Shown: one piece after another, positions 12,701 through 30,418 of the stretch
How the letters are laid out: every line of letters starts with the position of its first letter
Position numbering within the stretch: the stretch's first letter is position 1
Assembly (NCBI GenBank): GCA_965153285.1
Contig: OZ229111.1
DNA length: 64,000 nucleotides
From: Podarcis tiliguerta
Lineage: Eukaryota
Direction: 5' to 3' (one strand)
Notes under the pieces: generated by a model
Told to the model about the DNA's origin: nothing
The model's database searches: none
The model's input: the letters and a program-made list of their open reading frames with translations, nothing else
Translations under genes and position numbers: made by a program

Positions 12701-15700
12701 AAGGTTGAAGCACAGCCATAGGGAATGGGGAAGGAGACCACTGACCTGACATTCACCATGTCCGCCGGGGTCCCCACGAACCCACCGGTGAAACCTGCAA
12801 CCAGAGAACAGCAGGTGAAAGGGGACTGTGCAGCCTGCACTGGCGTGGCCCGTCATCCTGCGCTTGCCAAGCCCCAGCTCACCTCCTACTGCACCTAGCA
12901 GCACCTTCTGGTAGAAGGGCATTGGCCCCTGGGCACCCTGGCTCAAGTGGTCCCGCACAGTCTCATAGATGGCAAAGCGGGTGAGGGAGTACGTCATCTG
13001 GAGAAGCAGAAAGAGTCAGAGCAGGTTGGCAGCACGCTCTCAGGCCCTGGTCCTGCCCAGCACAGGGCAATCGCTCATCAGAATCACTGTTCAGCCACGG
13101 CACCAGCTTGGCAACGGCGCAGCCCCTGCGCTGGCATGGCCACAGCCTTGGCATTATGGAGCTTGTGCTCTTGAGAGCCATGGCAGCAGTGTCCTTTTCG
13201 CCAATCAACAGGCACCATATCTGCAAGAGGTGCAACCCCAAGTGAAGCCCTCCTCTTCCCCTAACCCTGCTTGCCATAGCAGAGGCCAACCCTAACACCC
13301 AACTATTCAGGAATCATAGATTCTGCAAGCAGAATGATATTCAAGCAGGGCTTATGGTGGCTGCAGAAATCAATGTGACGTTATTACAGAGCCACTTGCA
13401 AGGATTGAGAATTCCCTTGCAGAGCGGTGGGAGAAGCAACAGTGTGCCGGGAGTGGAGGGAGCCATTGTGACTGTCAGTGTGCTGCTAATAAACAAGATA
13501 TTAAGAAGGAAGAGGGATACAACTCAAGAAGCTGTTGCTTTTCTCAGCTTCTCCTCATCTGCACAAGATGCCTGACTCATCAAAGTCTTGGGGAGGACAT
13601 AGCTTAGAAGCACATGCCTCATTTCAGAAATTCCTAGTCTAAAAACCTGCTTGACCTTCTCAGATGGCAGGGGCTATTGGATCCTTATATTCTATTGACA
13701 ATATTCTGCGGGATTTTTGCCGTTAACTGTGACCAAATAGCCACTCAGTTTCAGAGACTGCAAGTCGACCTAATTTACAAAGCTTTGTCCGTGAAGCCAA
13801 ACAGAGCCTCAGTGTTAAATCTGTGGAATACGCTTTGAAGGGTGCTGGAAGAAGCTGCAGAACTCTCACGGGTAGCGTGATGGAACCAAAAAGCTGGTAT
13901 GGGAAGCCAGACGAAAGGAGCAGGACTGAACAGACAGGGGTAAAGCAATCGTTGCAGCGGCCCAGCAACTCACCTGCCGGCAGAGGGAGGCACTAAGCCC
14001 ACTGTAGAGGGCCAGGAAGCCATCGTTGCGAATCACACGCAAGGCCATGCCCGTCATGCGCATCTTCACTTCCTGCTGGGTTTGCAGGTGGACCTAGAGG
14101 CAAGGAAAGCAGGTAGCAAACAGGTCAGTCTGGATTTGCCAGGCTCTTTGTTCTCCGAGGGATATTCCAGGGGGGCCAGGGCAAGGAAAAGATTAAGCAG
14201 CCATGGCCCATGCACCTCTGATACAGAAAACAAATGAAACTGCAACTCCACGTCAAGAAGCTCTCAGGAATTCATTGTAAACATCCACTTTGAATCTTCT
14301 ACTCCAAGAATACTGCCCACCAGAGCTTAAGGAGAGATTCTCTCTATTTTTAAAGCCATGACTGATGTTTTTCCCCCAGAGACAATCCCTTTGCATAAGA
14401 ATTTATATTTTGCTATCCTGCTCCACTCTCCCCCATAAAATATGAAAAGGATTCCTGACTTCTGGTTTCCTTGCTTTTACAAAACCCTTTGCCCTCCATC
14501 AGGACATGTGGCTTGCCCCACAAAACCCACTCCTTCCAGAAAGACAAGTCTTACCTCCCAGCTGCCTCCCCCAATTTCTCCCAGATATTATTCCCCCCAG
14601 TGAGCTGTAAGAAGATTCCTGCATTCTTCACCCCATAACCTAATGGGTGCTATTAATTTTGGATGTTTTTGCAATCACAGCCACAAGGCACTTGTTCCAG
14701 CCATGGCAAGGGGCTTCCCTGGACAGTCTGCTGCCTGCATCCACAGACGACTGCTGACCCATCTGCTTCTGTAGTTTAGAAATGCAGGTCAACATTGGTT
14801 TCCCAGATTACCATCCCACCTGCAAGCACCCTGACCTCGCAGTGGAGCAGCTCGTGTTTATAGTACCGTACAGCCAACTTGGAGAGAATTTAGGTGAAAG
14901 GCTGCCACGTTGATAAAAATCAAAAAAACCTTGGCAGGGCCATTGGCCAACCAGCCCTTATCCCGAAGAAGGGGAGAGGTCAATTCAAGCAACAAGAGAA
15001 TGTAGCCTACACAAGTTCTGAACTGGACCCAGAAATGAAATAGTACAAAACACTTCTCGACACTGGCCTTCTCCCATCCTGCATGATATTACTGTAAGGA
15101 ACAAGGAGTCCAAGCAATTATCTGACTGGAGGTTCTTGAATGCAAATGTACCAATGTTTTATAGGCAGCTGGGGATAGCTTAGTTGGTAGAGCATGAGAC
15201 TCTTAAATCTCCGGGTTGTGGGTTCTAGCCCCACATTGGGCAAAATATCCCTGCATTGCAAGGCATTGGGCGAGGCGACTGCTGTGGTCCCTTCCAACTC
15301 TATAGTGATTCTATATTGGTTAGAGTGTCGGATTAGCAGCTGGGAGACCAGGGTTCAAATCACTTGGCCGCAGGGCCAGGCACTACCTCACAGGGTTGTC
15401 CTGGGGATTAAATGAGCAGGGAAACCATGTACTTGAGTTTTTGGGAGAAAAGCAATAAATTAAATAAAATATATTTTATATAAATATATAAATTTAAATA
15501 AATTTAATTTAAATAAATAAAAGCAACCAATCAATCAATCAATCAATCCAAGAGCCTTCTAGGAGCAGGGGTTGGAGTTCAACAACAACAAGACCCACAG
15601 CTTCGCCATTTTTGGTAAGACCCGCCCTTTTAAGAAGCAAGTGGACTGAAGCAGCCCCCGGTGGAAACACACATCAGCTGAGGCTGCAGAAGTACCAGTA

Positions 15701-18700
15701 GCCAGGAGAGGGCAGTGAAGCGGTGGACAGCAGCTCAGATGGGCAGTGTTCCCAGGCAGCCAGTGGCAGCTCAAAGATCCCATTGTGAAGGATGAAGCTG
15801 GAATGTGCTCATCAAGCAGCTGGCAGGCCCAGCAGTGACACAGGGAAAGCAAACGATGGAGGCTCAAATCTGCAGGAATCTCCAGGGTTAGCAGCTTCAT
15901 GCTGGCATTAGTGTGCCCCTGCCAGACCATAACAAGGGAAAAGAATGTTCCCACCCCATTAGGGACCAGGGCTAAGTATGCAGAATGCTCAGGGAGAGGC
16001 GGGTGGAGTGGGTGAGAATCTCAGAACAGGCCTTGCCTGGTAACTTGTCCGTGGCTGGGCAGAAAAACTTCGTAGCCCCACAAACTCCCCTCCTAAGAAA
16101 GCTATATTTCAAGTTTATTGAGTTTGACAAGTCCATCCCCTTTCTGTCAGCTTTAAAGCAGCCTGTGGGGCAGACTTGGGCCATGTACACACCATACATT
16201 CCCACCCCCACAGAATCCTGGGAATTGCAGTTTGATAAAGGTGCTGAGAACTGTAGGTCTGCGAGGGAGTAAACTAGGGTTCCCAGGATTCTCTAAGGTG
16301 TGTGAGTGTGTTTCAGATGTATGTCGTGTATGCAGTCTTTGACATTTGACTTTGAAGAACAAGGACCAAAGCTGGGGACACCTTGCTGCCATGATGAGCA
16401 ACGCCTCAGAGACCACTTTTAGACTGCATGCAACTTTTGGCCTAAGTTCATGCAGGTGACAAAGAGATGCGGAAAGGGGCAGGGGCTGGGCCAGGCAGAA
16501 AGGAAGGTGGAAACAGGATGTAGCCTCACTTATCACCAATGTTGTGGCCACTGACAGATTACCCCTGAGAAATAGGCCCTAGAGTAGACAGAGAAAGGCA
16601 GTTGGCCGATCTCGTCTAGGTACACACAAAAGAAAGGCGGGACAGTTGGGTAATAAAAGGGCTTAGAAAAGTTATCTTTAAAATCCCAAGCAGGCTTCTG
16701 TGTGGAGATCTAGAGAGCAGCCAGGAGAGGCCTGTTGACACTGGTCTCTTCCTGGATTATAGGACAGATGTGACTAACTGGCACAGCTCGAAGAAGCCCA
16801 CACGAGGACTGCTATTAGTGCAATGGGGCTTTCTCCCCTCTCCTCACCCCACGTTCCCCAAATTGGCTTGTAGGGAGGAATCAGGAGAACCTTTAGAAGA
16901 CCACATGAGGGAGGAAAGGGAGGACTGTTCCCTTGAGCAAACAGAAATGCTTGCCTTGCCAGAATGTTTGTTTTAGTGCGACATTTGAATTCTTCCCCAT
17001 GTTTTGGCCTCCCTCTTTCTTCCTTCCTGATTGGCTTGCCCCATGTCAAGGACGAATGTGTTTCGCGTACATTTGAGGAACCTTGGATTCTGTTTTTAAA
17101 ACAGAAAACAAAAAAACTTAAGAACGCCCACTATGACGACTAACTGAGAAATAACAGCAATAAAGATTACAAGGCAAAAGAAAATAATTTATCTGTACCC
17201 ATTCAACAGAGTACGGGAAAACACTGCATCTGCTGATCAGGGCTGCATGCCAGAGATCATTAAGAGAAACTCTTAATGGCCCCAATGACCTTGGGCATGC
17301 CACATTCCCTCTGTGTGCTTGCCTTTCAGGGCAGAAACTACGGTATCTGGCCACTTGTGAGGGGTCTGCACAATGCCAGAAGGGCAGAATCGTGGCTTTG
17401 TTTTTTGCAGGCCTCCATTCATACCAGGAGATACTGCCACTGAATTCAAGCTGTTATCTTGGAAGTCCTCACTTCCAAACCAACACAATTAGGCCTCAGT
17501 CTCTCAAACCAAGAAAATGCTGCGCAAATTCTATATCACTTGACACAAAGTAGAAGCTAGAAACTAGACAGGCTATACCTGTTTTACAAGTACAGTACAG
17601 TAATATTTAACAGAGCAGGGGCCAAACTACTGTGATGATAATTATGCCTTGATCTGTGCTCTCTAATTCGTAGTGGAGAACGCTAGCTGGTCAAATTATA
17701 TGACACATAATGGAGTTAACTGTCCAGGGGTCCTTTACCTTTACCTTACATAGAATGAACTGGAAATGAGGGGGGGGGGGTCTGTTCTCGTTTTTGTATT
17801 TTTATGTTTCGAACTTGCCCTGTGATCTTCAGCTGAATACAAATTTAATCAATCAATCAATCTGAACAGACTCAAGACTGTTGCCTTCAGTTAGCTCCTT
17901 AGGCACTGCTTCCTGGAAGGCAGCCAACACTGTCTGGCCAGAGGGAGCCTCTACAGGGCACACAGCAGCAGCAGATGCCAGTCTGCTGTGCCCAGGAAAC
18001 GAGACACCAAGGGGGTGCCAGCCAGGGCCAGAATACCAACCGCAGGCCATGTCTCTTGCCTGGGAAACGGGGTACATCTGTGCACCACGGTGGTGGTGGT
18101 GGTGCCCAGGCAGTTCCAACTTCCTAGTTATCAACGGAGCCAAAATGGCAGATAGAAATCATTGTAAGGGGGGGGGGGAGAGGAGAAAAGGGAAATGCCA
18201 CGCCACTGTCAACCCCCTATAGCCTCCAACCCAGAGTGGGGGTGGGCTAAGGAAGTATCTCCTCGCCTTGCCGTCGCTCGCGCTGCCTTAGACGTAAATG
18301 GTAGGCTAGAGGTGAAGAACCTCTCCTTAGAGCACTTTGCTGTTGAGCCACCTTTGCCTGCAGCCAAGCGGGCAAAGGAAGCGGCGCAAGGATTTCCCAA
18401 GCTGCAAAGGAAACACGCGGCAATATTGAAGCGGAGGGGGCGGCGAGAGACAAATAGCAAGGATGGGGCCAGCAGAGATCAGCGCAGGGGAGCCCAGAGG
18501 GAAGACGGGAGGCAGAGAGCCGGAGAGGGATTTTAGGGGTCAGGTCCCCCCATCCGTCGCCGGGGAAGGGGGTGCCCCGTCTTCTTTCCTGGCGGGTTTC
18601 TCCCCCCTCTAACGCAAGACGCACCTTGAGCAGGTCTAGCGGGTGGGTGCAGCAGGCTGCCCCGCACGAGGCCAGGCCTCCGAAGTACCAGCGGGACACG

Positions 18701-18714
18701 CGTTTCTCCACCAT
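6763..18714 (-). CDS. SLC25A10: Mitochondrial dicarboxylate carrier, 11 coding exons, 286 aa
   Basis: Exons in transcript order: 18625-18714, 13974-14093, 12883-12997, 12746-12794, 11774-11815, 11370-11413, 9996-10066, 8862-8954, 7641-7718, 7303-7359, 6763-6864. All introns GT-AG with consistent phases; total 861 nt. The protein runs MVEKRVSRWYFGGLASCGAACCTHPLDLLKVHLQ...GTPADMVNVRMQ...CQPLDVLKTRLMN...EQLRKNFGIKVLA* and has the three carrier PX[DE]XX[KR]-type repeats. Confidence 0.97.
11995..12300 (+). mobile_element. L2-like LINE 3' fragment
   Basis: agggccttctcggtagtggcgcccgccctgtggaatgccctccc... followed by a terminal hairpin/A-rich end; a close copy lies at 36945-37245. Confidence 0.7.
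12315..12442 (-). mobile_element. tRNA(Ile-like)-derived SINE with CR1-type tail
   Basis: The - strand reads gctggatagctcagtgggttagagcatggtgctg...caggtttgatccc; a related copy lies at 51871-52035. Confidence 0.6.
15168..15313 (+). mobile_element. tRNA-Lys(CTT)-derived SINE with CR1-type tail
   Basis: gatagcttagttggtagagcatgagactcttaaatctccgggttgtgggttctagccccacattgggc (degenerate tRNA-Lys) followed by ggtcccttccaactctat...gattctat. Confidence 0.7.
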
Positions 18715-19070
18715 CGCGCCGCCGGCTCTGCGTGGCTGCTGCTGCTCCTCACCTCCCCGCTGCCCGGACCCGGGAAGCCCGGCCGCCGCCTCCTCCTGCT
18801 CACCGCCGGCGCTCCCTGCACTGAACCGACGAGGCCTTAAAGGGGCAACGCCCGCCATGGGAGGGACGCCTTAAAAGAGCAACGCGGAGGACCGGCTGGG
18901 TGTACCGGGGAGGAAGAGTAACTGGGAGAGGGTACGCAGCCTTCCTCCGCTCAGGCGGAGCCCCCGTCTTTGTCCGCCCCCGCGCATTCCGGCTTCTGGA
19001 CAATCACCTTTCGACGACGGATTCTGCAGCGTCGGGCGCCGCTGATCTCCGCTGCCCGCCAAGATCATGG
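18250..19070. promoter_or_regulatory. CpG island / promoter of SLC25A10
   Basis: Dense CpG and high GC around exon 1; GC box (tccgcccc) near 18973. Confidence 0.8.
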
Positions 19071-19204
19071 CTAATCTGGAAGGAAATCCTGGCTCTGTTT
19101 AAATCGAGCAGCCAAGCTGCTGCTGACTCCTTCGTTGTAAATTCACACACAGTTCCTCGCCCCCCCTCCCACTCCTTTTTTGGGTTTTGTGGTACAGTAT
19201 AGAT

Positions 19205-19433
19205 AGGGAGGAGGAATTAAATAACCTTTTAATGAGGGTGAAAGGGGAGAGCGCGAAATATGGTTTGAAGCTCAACATAAAAAAAAACCACTGGTCCCAT
19301 TGCCTCCTGGCAAATAGAAGGGGAAGAAATGGAGGCAGTGAGAGATTTTACTTTCTTGGGTTCCATGGTCACTGCAGATGGTGACAGCAGTCACAAAATG
19401 AAAAGATTCCTGCTTCTTGGGAGAAAAGCAATG
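19205..19433 (+). mobile_element. BovB/RTE LINE reverse-transcriptase fragment
   Basis: Encodes EEELNNLLMRVKGESAKYGLKLNIKK and, after a frameshift, GPIASWQIEGEEMEAVRDFTFLGSMVTADGDSSH, typical of BovB RT. Confidence 0.85.
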
Positions 19434-21543
19434 TCATATCGCCATAATCACACTATCTTTCATTGGTGATAGTCCTTATATCCATAGGCCAGGTCTATGG
19501 ATATTTACTCTGATGCAAGTCCTACTGTGTTTATTGATGTTTACTCCAGTACGTGGGTTTAGGATTGCAGGGAGCTGAATGCCACAGAAGATGGCATCCC
19601 CTTGGCAAATTCTATACACAGTGAAGGGCAACCATCACACTGGGTATCCTCACCACCATATGGAGCAGAAATATTCACTGTAATATGATGGCACAAGATA
19701 AGAACTGTTGAAGGCACAGGCCAGCATCATTCAGCCCACAAGCATAATGTCTATTCCCACTCTTGGCTGCAAGCTATCAAGTGGCTTGTATGTGCGCAAA
19801 AACTGGTCCTCAAAAAGCAATAAGATCCTAGAGATTGGCATATTGTCTCTAACTCCAGGATAGCAAAGAGATCACTGTTAGGCTGAACTGTCATTCTTGG
19901 TGAGTCACACTGCCCTAAACAGGAAATGGTGGACCTTATAATTTGGACCTTAGGGTGAAGGGTGGGAGTTGATTGATTAATAATTTATATAACATATAAT
20001 TCTTAACTAGCACCAAATATTACTTACCTTGAGCCAACACCTGAATTATCAAAGCATTGTTGTACCAGCGCCAGCTCTAGCTCGAAGTCTGCTCTCTATC
20101 AGTGTTCACTTTCTTAACACATCAAAGGGCAAACAGTATGATCCTCCTATCCCTGAACTACGTGCTTTCTGGCCAGCAATAAGATGGTTCCTAATTTCCC
20201 TTGCACTGACAGAGACTGAAGATACAACAGTCTAGCGAAACCAAGCAGACTTGTAGGCATTGTGGGGGCCCAGAGTTGTCAGAGTGAGACCATTAGCCCT
20301 TGAATTACGTATGTGATCTGACAGGGCACCACACTGTATTATCCTAAGAGTCTGCTGGTTTCTCATCTTCTCAGCTAGGATAGCTGGGAAACAGACCCGT
20401 TCATGTGCTAATCCTATGCTGGTCCAGTGAGCAATGGCTTTACCTAGAACAGGAGTGGCTAATGTAGTGCTCTCATGGCCAAGGATGATGGCTGTTGTAG
20501 GCCAACTTTGGGTACCCCTGACCTACATTTCTGGGTTCATGTTGAGATGAGTAGGGAAAAGGCATGCAGTGGGCCAGGCCTCTGGGAGACAAGGAGCTAC
20601 GGGTCCAGTTATAGAGCTCTTTGGATCAGATCCTGCCGCTTTTCTTCCAGCCCTGTGGACACTGGCTTTGCCTGAGATGAGGATCAAATTTACTGGCTTT
20701 GCCTGAGGGTCAGAATTTTTCTCATTGCTTTACACTTTCCCTGAGCTACTATACAGTTTGTTGACCTGCCTCTTGAAAGCTTCCTGGCAGTGTTTATTTG
20801 CCCACACTCTCTGTCCGCATCCACTTACCCTCACCTCTCGCAATAAACTTCTCTTCTCCCACTGCACCTTGAAACCAACACAAACATATTCTGTATTGTG
20901 ATCTGAATGTTATCAGCTGCTCTACCCTAGCCAACCTCTTCTCTTGGGGAGCCTGTGGCCTAACATTCCATATATGGACCTTCTGCTATGTACTGGGCCA
21001 TGGATTCAGATGGCTCTGGCAACCAGAATGGCACTCCCACTTTCCTTGTCTAAATGGTAGCCTGAATGCTGCTGATGTTCCTTCATGCTGTTGTTCTAAT
21101 GCTGGCTGTTTGGGCTGGAAGGGGATTTGAGTTCCTTTGGAGGAAAAACCTTGGGAGCACTTGTACGTTGGAGTACTTGTTGTTGATGGGCATTGACCTC
21201 TTGCAGTGGAAGTGCTGGCTACCTCATAGTTTTGTCTGTTGCATGTAGAGAGAACATATGAAACCCCCTTACATGAAGTCAGAACATTAGTCCATCCAGT
21301 TCAGTACGGTCTTGTTTGGACTGGCAGTGGCTCTCCAGTATTTCTGATATCCCAGAGATTGAAGCTAGGACCTGTATGTGGGAGGGGCAGGAGTGGGGTG
21401 TTCTGTGACATTTGTACCATTGCTGCAGGTTGACATACCTACCATGCATGGCTAGTGTCAGTTGGCAGAGATGCAAGTGAAACACCCACAGGCTACTGGA
21501 TCTTGTTTCTGTAATTCTTCTTGTACTTAGGATTGTAAACAGT

Positions 21544-21668
21544 ACTCACCTCACAGAGTGTTTGTTGTGGGGGAGGAAGGGAAAGGAGATTGTTAGCCGC
21601 TTTAGACTCCTGAAGGGGAGTGAAAGGCGGGATATCAAATCCAAACTCTTCTTCTTCTTCTTCTTCTT
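21544..21668 (+). mobile_element. Squam3-like SINE, 3' half with (CTT)n tail
   Basis: Near-identical to the 3' half of the element at 46771-47018. Confidence 0.7.
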
Positions 21669-23484
21669 GCCATAGCAGCCACTGCCACAGTGGCACTACA
21701 GCACCTTTAGTAGAAAGGAGCACCTAAATATGTGCCTGACTACAATTGCACTATGCAGCATCTCAGAGATGTCTGAAGCTGAAGGCGATGTAGAAAACTG
21801 TGGAAATTTAATTTTGTGTGTTTCTAGCCCCCAGTGTGCAAAAGCATGGAAATACATGGGCAGGGTCAAATAAATGTTTCTAAACATTTCCTTCATTTTG
21901 TATTATTTGTTGCATTTAAAAAACAAAAAACCCAGAAATCAAAGCTGATTGAAAGTCGAATGTTAGCATCATGCTCTTCTCTGAGCTGGCCAGGGACACT
22001 GTTGTTCAACCTTCTCTTCAAAAGCATCCCTTCCCACTCCCTGCAAACTGCTTTAAGAGCACACACCTTGATGGATGTACTAAAAAGGCGATGCAATAGA
22101 GTTCTTTACTGCACTGGACACAGGAAGCCACATATTTACATTTAAAACAAAATGGCATTTAGACACACAGTATGGTTACGAGGGAGGAATTTGGAGTGCT
22201 TTAGCCATTTTAATATTTTCTCCCCACTATTAATACACCTGCCATCTTTGGAGGATGCAGCTGCCTCCCTCCACACTCATGGCCTCCTATAAGTGATGTA
22301 TGTGACCGCAGAAAGTAATCAGGGCTTCCTAGTATGTGGAATTTCTTGCAAGAGAGCATGGCTGTATCCACAGAGGCATCATAGCATAGGTTCTGTGCAC
22401 AACCACTGGGATGCGTCGGACAAAAATATCCTAAACTAGTTCCTTCACTGGGAATATTTGGCATTTTGTAGTGAACTGATTTAATGGAAAATGCCTAATA
22501 AGAGACATTCAAGAAAGAAAGAGAAACCAAACTCCATGCTTCTTAGCAAAAAGCCTATGCAATTGGCCACTTCCAGGATAGACTGTTTGGAACGAACTAG
22601 CTTTTATGAGGCTGAGGAAGGCAAGAAAGCAAAAGTGGTCAAATACGGCATTACTTTCCATACCCCCCCCACCTGCCAAATATAACTCAGGAACAAGTCA
22701 AGGTGAAAGGTGTGACAATATGGCCTTTGGACTAATAACCCAGCTTGTTTCACTGGGTGCCTTATCTAAAACCAACTGAGAAGATCAATTCTGACCACTT
22801 CAAAACGGTGTAGCGAAAAGGAACACACTGTCATTTATGAAGAGAACATACAACAGGCTGAAAGAGGTTCACTGTGTCCCAGAGGCCCTTCCCTTTGTGC
22901 TCCACTCCTTCCAAGAACGGTCTCTTCCAAGCACTGACTCCCCTCATCCCTTGAAACAGGAGCTCCTGTTTGGATAGATTTAGCGCCCAACTTTCATTTG
23001 GTGAAGCTACAAGCCAGCGAGGGCCCGGCAGTAAGAAAAGCCGAGTTGCCTATAAATCACATCCGATGGGGTTGAGGGAAGGAGTGTAAAACTGATCCAC
23101 TTGTAACAGAGAACAGCCAGGAGTTCTGGAAGATGGCCAGAGAGATTTTCCCACGAGCTCAGGTTCTTGGTGCAGAAAACAGGTGGAAAGAAACAGGGCA
23201 ACTGGTATTACTCAGGGTACCTATGCATGGCGAGGACCTGCACAATGCATCGTCCCTGCCCAGGATTACCAGGTGCAGAAAAACCTGTCATATAAGTTAA
23301 TATCCTGAGGAGAAAAGAGATCAGGCCTTTTCACATTCAATCTCTTTCATGGGGAGGAACAGCTCATGATGGGGAAAGCTGCCTGCAATGCAAGGCAAGT
23401 CCCTGGACCACTACACTTCTATGTTGAGTGGCTAGTCATCACCCTGCTTCTCCCCAACCTGGGCTACAATTCCCATCACAGTAT

Positions 23485-23632
23485 TAAAGAACTGAAGAGT
23501 CTGAAGGGACTCAGAGGGACATCTAGCCTAACGCCCTGCAATGCAGGAATCTCAACTAAAGCATCCGTGACAAATGGCCATCCAACCTCTGCTTAAAAAC
23601 CTCCAAGGAAGGAGAGTCCACAGCCTCCCAGT
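23485..23632 (-). mobile_element. CR1 LINE 3' fragment
   Basis: ccctgcaatgcaggaatc...gacaaatggccatccaacctctgcttaaaaacctcca; similar to 63085-63360. Confidence 0.6.
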
Positions 23633-24097
23633 CAACTGGGAAGGCTGTCCTTGTGGGTCATGGTAGAAACTGCAGCTAAGAGTGTGGCCCTGAATACCAC
23701 CAAGAGAGCCTAAGATGAGCAGCTAGCAGGATCTGGTGCAAAAACGCACAAACCAGGGAGCCCTTCCATGTGAGGAGGGACACTGGTATGCAAGAAAGTC
23801 TGCTCACACAACACTTGTTCCAAAGGCATTCGCCCCCGTGTATATTCTTTATAGATTCAGTTCCTTGCAGTGTTGGTACAAACAACAGACCCCCATTGTG
23901 CCGAAGACATTCATCCCACACTGGGCCATCTCAGTGGACAGCCACATTGCAGAGAAAACAAGGCGGGGCACAGCTTCATGGAACTGCACAGCACCCCACC
24001 ACCACCAGTCAGCAGGCATATAAAAGCTTCAGGTGGGTGACAGAGCGCAGGACTTTCCCCTGCTCTGCTTTAGTCCTTTGGCTGCCGATGCCAACCG

Positions 24098-28618
<4,521 letters not shown>

Positions 28619-30418
28619 GGCGGCAGCTCCAGGAGGCGGGCAGGACGGAGACACACCGGCGCTCTCCTCTGTCTCCGGCGTGCGAGCGGCAGAGGACGCC
28701 GAGGGAACGCTCTGCCCGCTCCTTCTCTCTGATCCAGCGGGGTGCACCTATCGCGGCCGAGTTTGATCGATGGCGCTCTAGGCGGCCCGCCGTGCATCTC
28801 CATGATTGACGGAGGTGACGTTCGGGCCGCTTCCCACTCTTACACAATGCCGCGCTAGGGATGAAGACTCTATGGCAGGCGTTGCTGCGCTCGCCGGTGG
28901 CTGCAGACGCGTTTGTTAGCAACGGCGGAAGTCGCGCGGGATTTGGGAGCGTGTTTTCTTTGCGCGGGAAGAGGAAAGAGCGTTTGGAGCTTGCGGAATG
29001 GAGGCGGTGTCAAATGGGTGTAAAATGGTGTTCCCGGAACGTGCCACTGAGCTCTTCGGAGGTGGTTGTTTGATTCGTTTAGCAAGGAGACGTTTAGCAA
29101 GGGATTCAGAAGCTGGGAAGGCATAATTTGAAATTGCCAAGTGCGCATACTAACAGCACGGCGCTGGGACCTCTGACAATTAAAATTCGGCCTAGCAAAT
29201 CACAGGGTTTGTTTACAAAGCTGATAATTAAGCTAAGGCTGCAGCCTTGAAACACTTGGGAGCAAGCCCTATTGGATTCAGCGGGACCTACTACTGAGTA
29301 AACAATAATTTCCAAAAGGATTTTGGTGATGTACAGAATTAGTCTTGACTTACAATTTTTTGTAATTTGATATATACCAGCGTGCTGGATATGTACAGAA
29401 CACAAAGTTGTGCAGTCTAACTTGGCTTGGATCCAGAATTAGCTTTGTCTGCCTTCTTGAAACAAAGGGCTTTTTGTGTGGGAGAGATGCAGAGACAAGG
29501 GTTTGCATTAGTTTGATTTTAGCCAATGCTGATAAGAACTGAAAGTTTTAAGAAACTGACTTGCCCATCAGACACCACAAATGAAGAACTCGGTGGGGAA
29601 AGCTCCCAAAGAATGCTGCACACCAGAAGCCCCATGGCAGAGCTCATCCTGCCCCCTGAAGGCTTTATCAGTATTACCAACAAGGTGCCTTTTTGTATTG
29701 TTTTTCAATGCCTGCTAAAACCTTTTTTCTTTAGACGAGCATGCATTAATGTGATCCTTCACAATAAAATGAAGTTGTACTTTTTAGTTTCAGCAGTTCC
29801 ATTTCTTGACCTCTTATACAGTGAGTGATGGTCGCAAGTCTCAGCACTGTTGATTTAGAACACATTCCTGATTCAGGAGTATTGCAGCCAGCCTAGTACC
29901 GATAGCTGGCACTGATCTTAATAACCCACAAAACAAACTCCTAGACAAAAGTGATCTTGTATAGTAATGCTAGTAAAGTTATGTATTACTGTATTGCATT
30001 TGCATATAAATAAAATCTAACAAAAAATCCAACAGAAACAAGATCCCAAAGACAACATGTTTCTGAATAAAAACAACAGGATTCTGTGACCCCTTAAAAG
30101 GCAACCATCTTATTGCAGCATGATGAGTATTTGACCAGCCTACTTTTTAGAATAGATCATCAGGTGTATGAAGCAGACATGCAGCTCAGAGGTCTGTACA
30201 AAATATCCCAGTGAAAACATTGTGTTGAATCTTGCAGCAGGATTGTCTGAGCTGCAGGTGCAAGGGCAACACGTGCCTTTCCTGCTGTAGCCAAGTGCAT
30301 CTTAGTGTAATCTCCTTTGCTTTAATAAATCTAGCTTAAGGCATCATTGTAGGGCTGGAGATATCAGAAAGCAAACAGAAATCCTGAGAGAAGAGAACAA
30401 AGCCTATCAACAGAAAAG

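Noticed and set aside
15168-15240. tRNA-Lys(CTT) gene
   Set aside because: The stems and B box are degenerate, there is an extra base in the anticodon arm, and it runs directly into a CR1-like tail. It is a SINE head.
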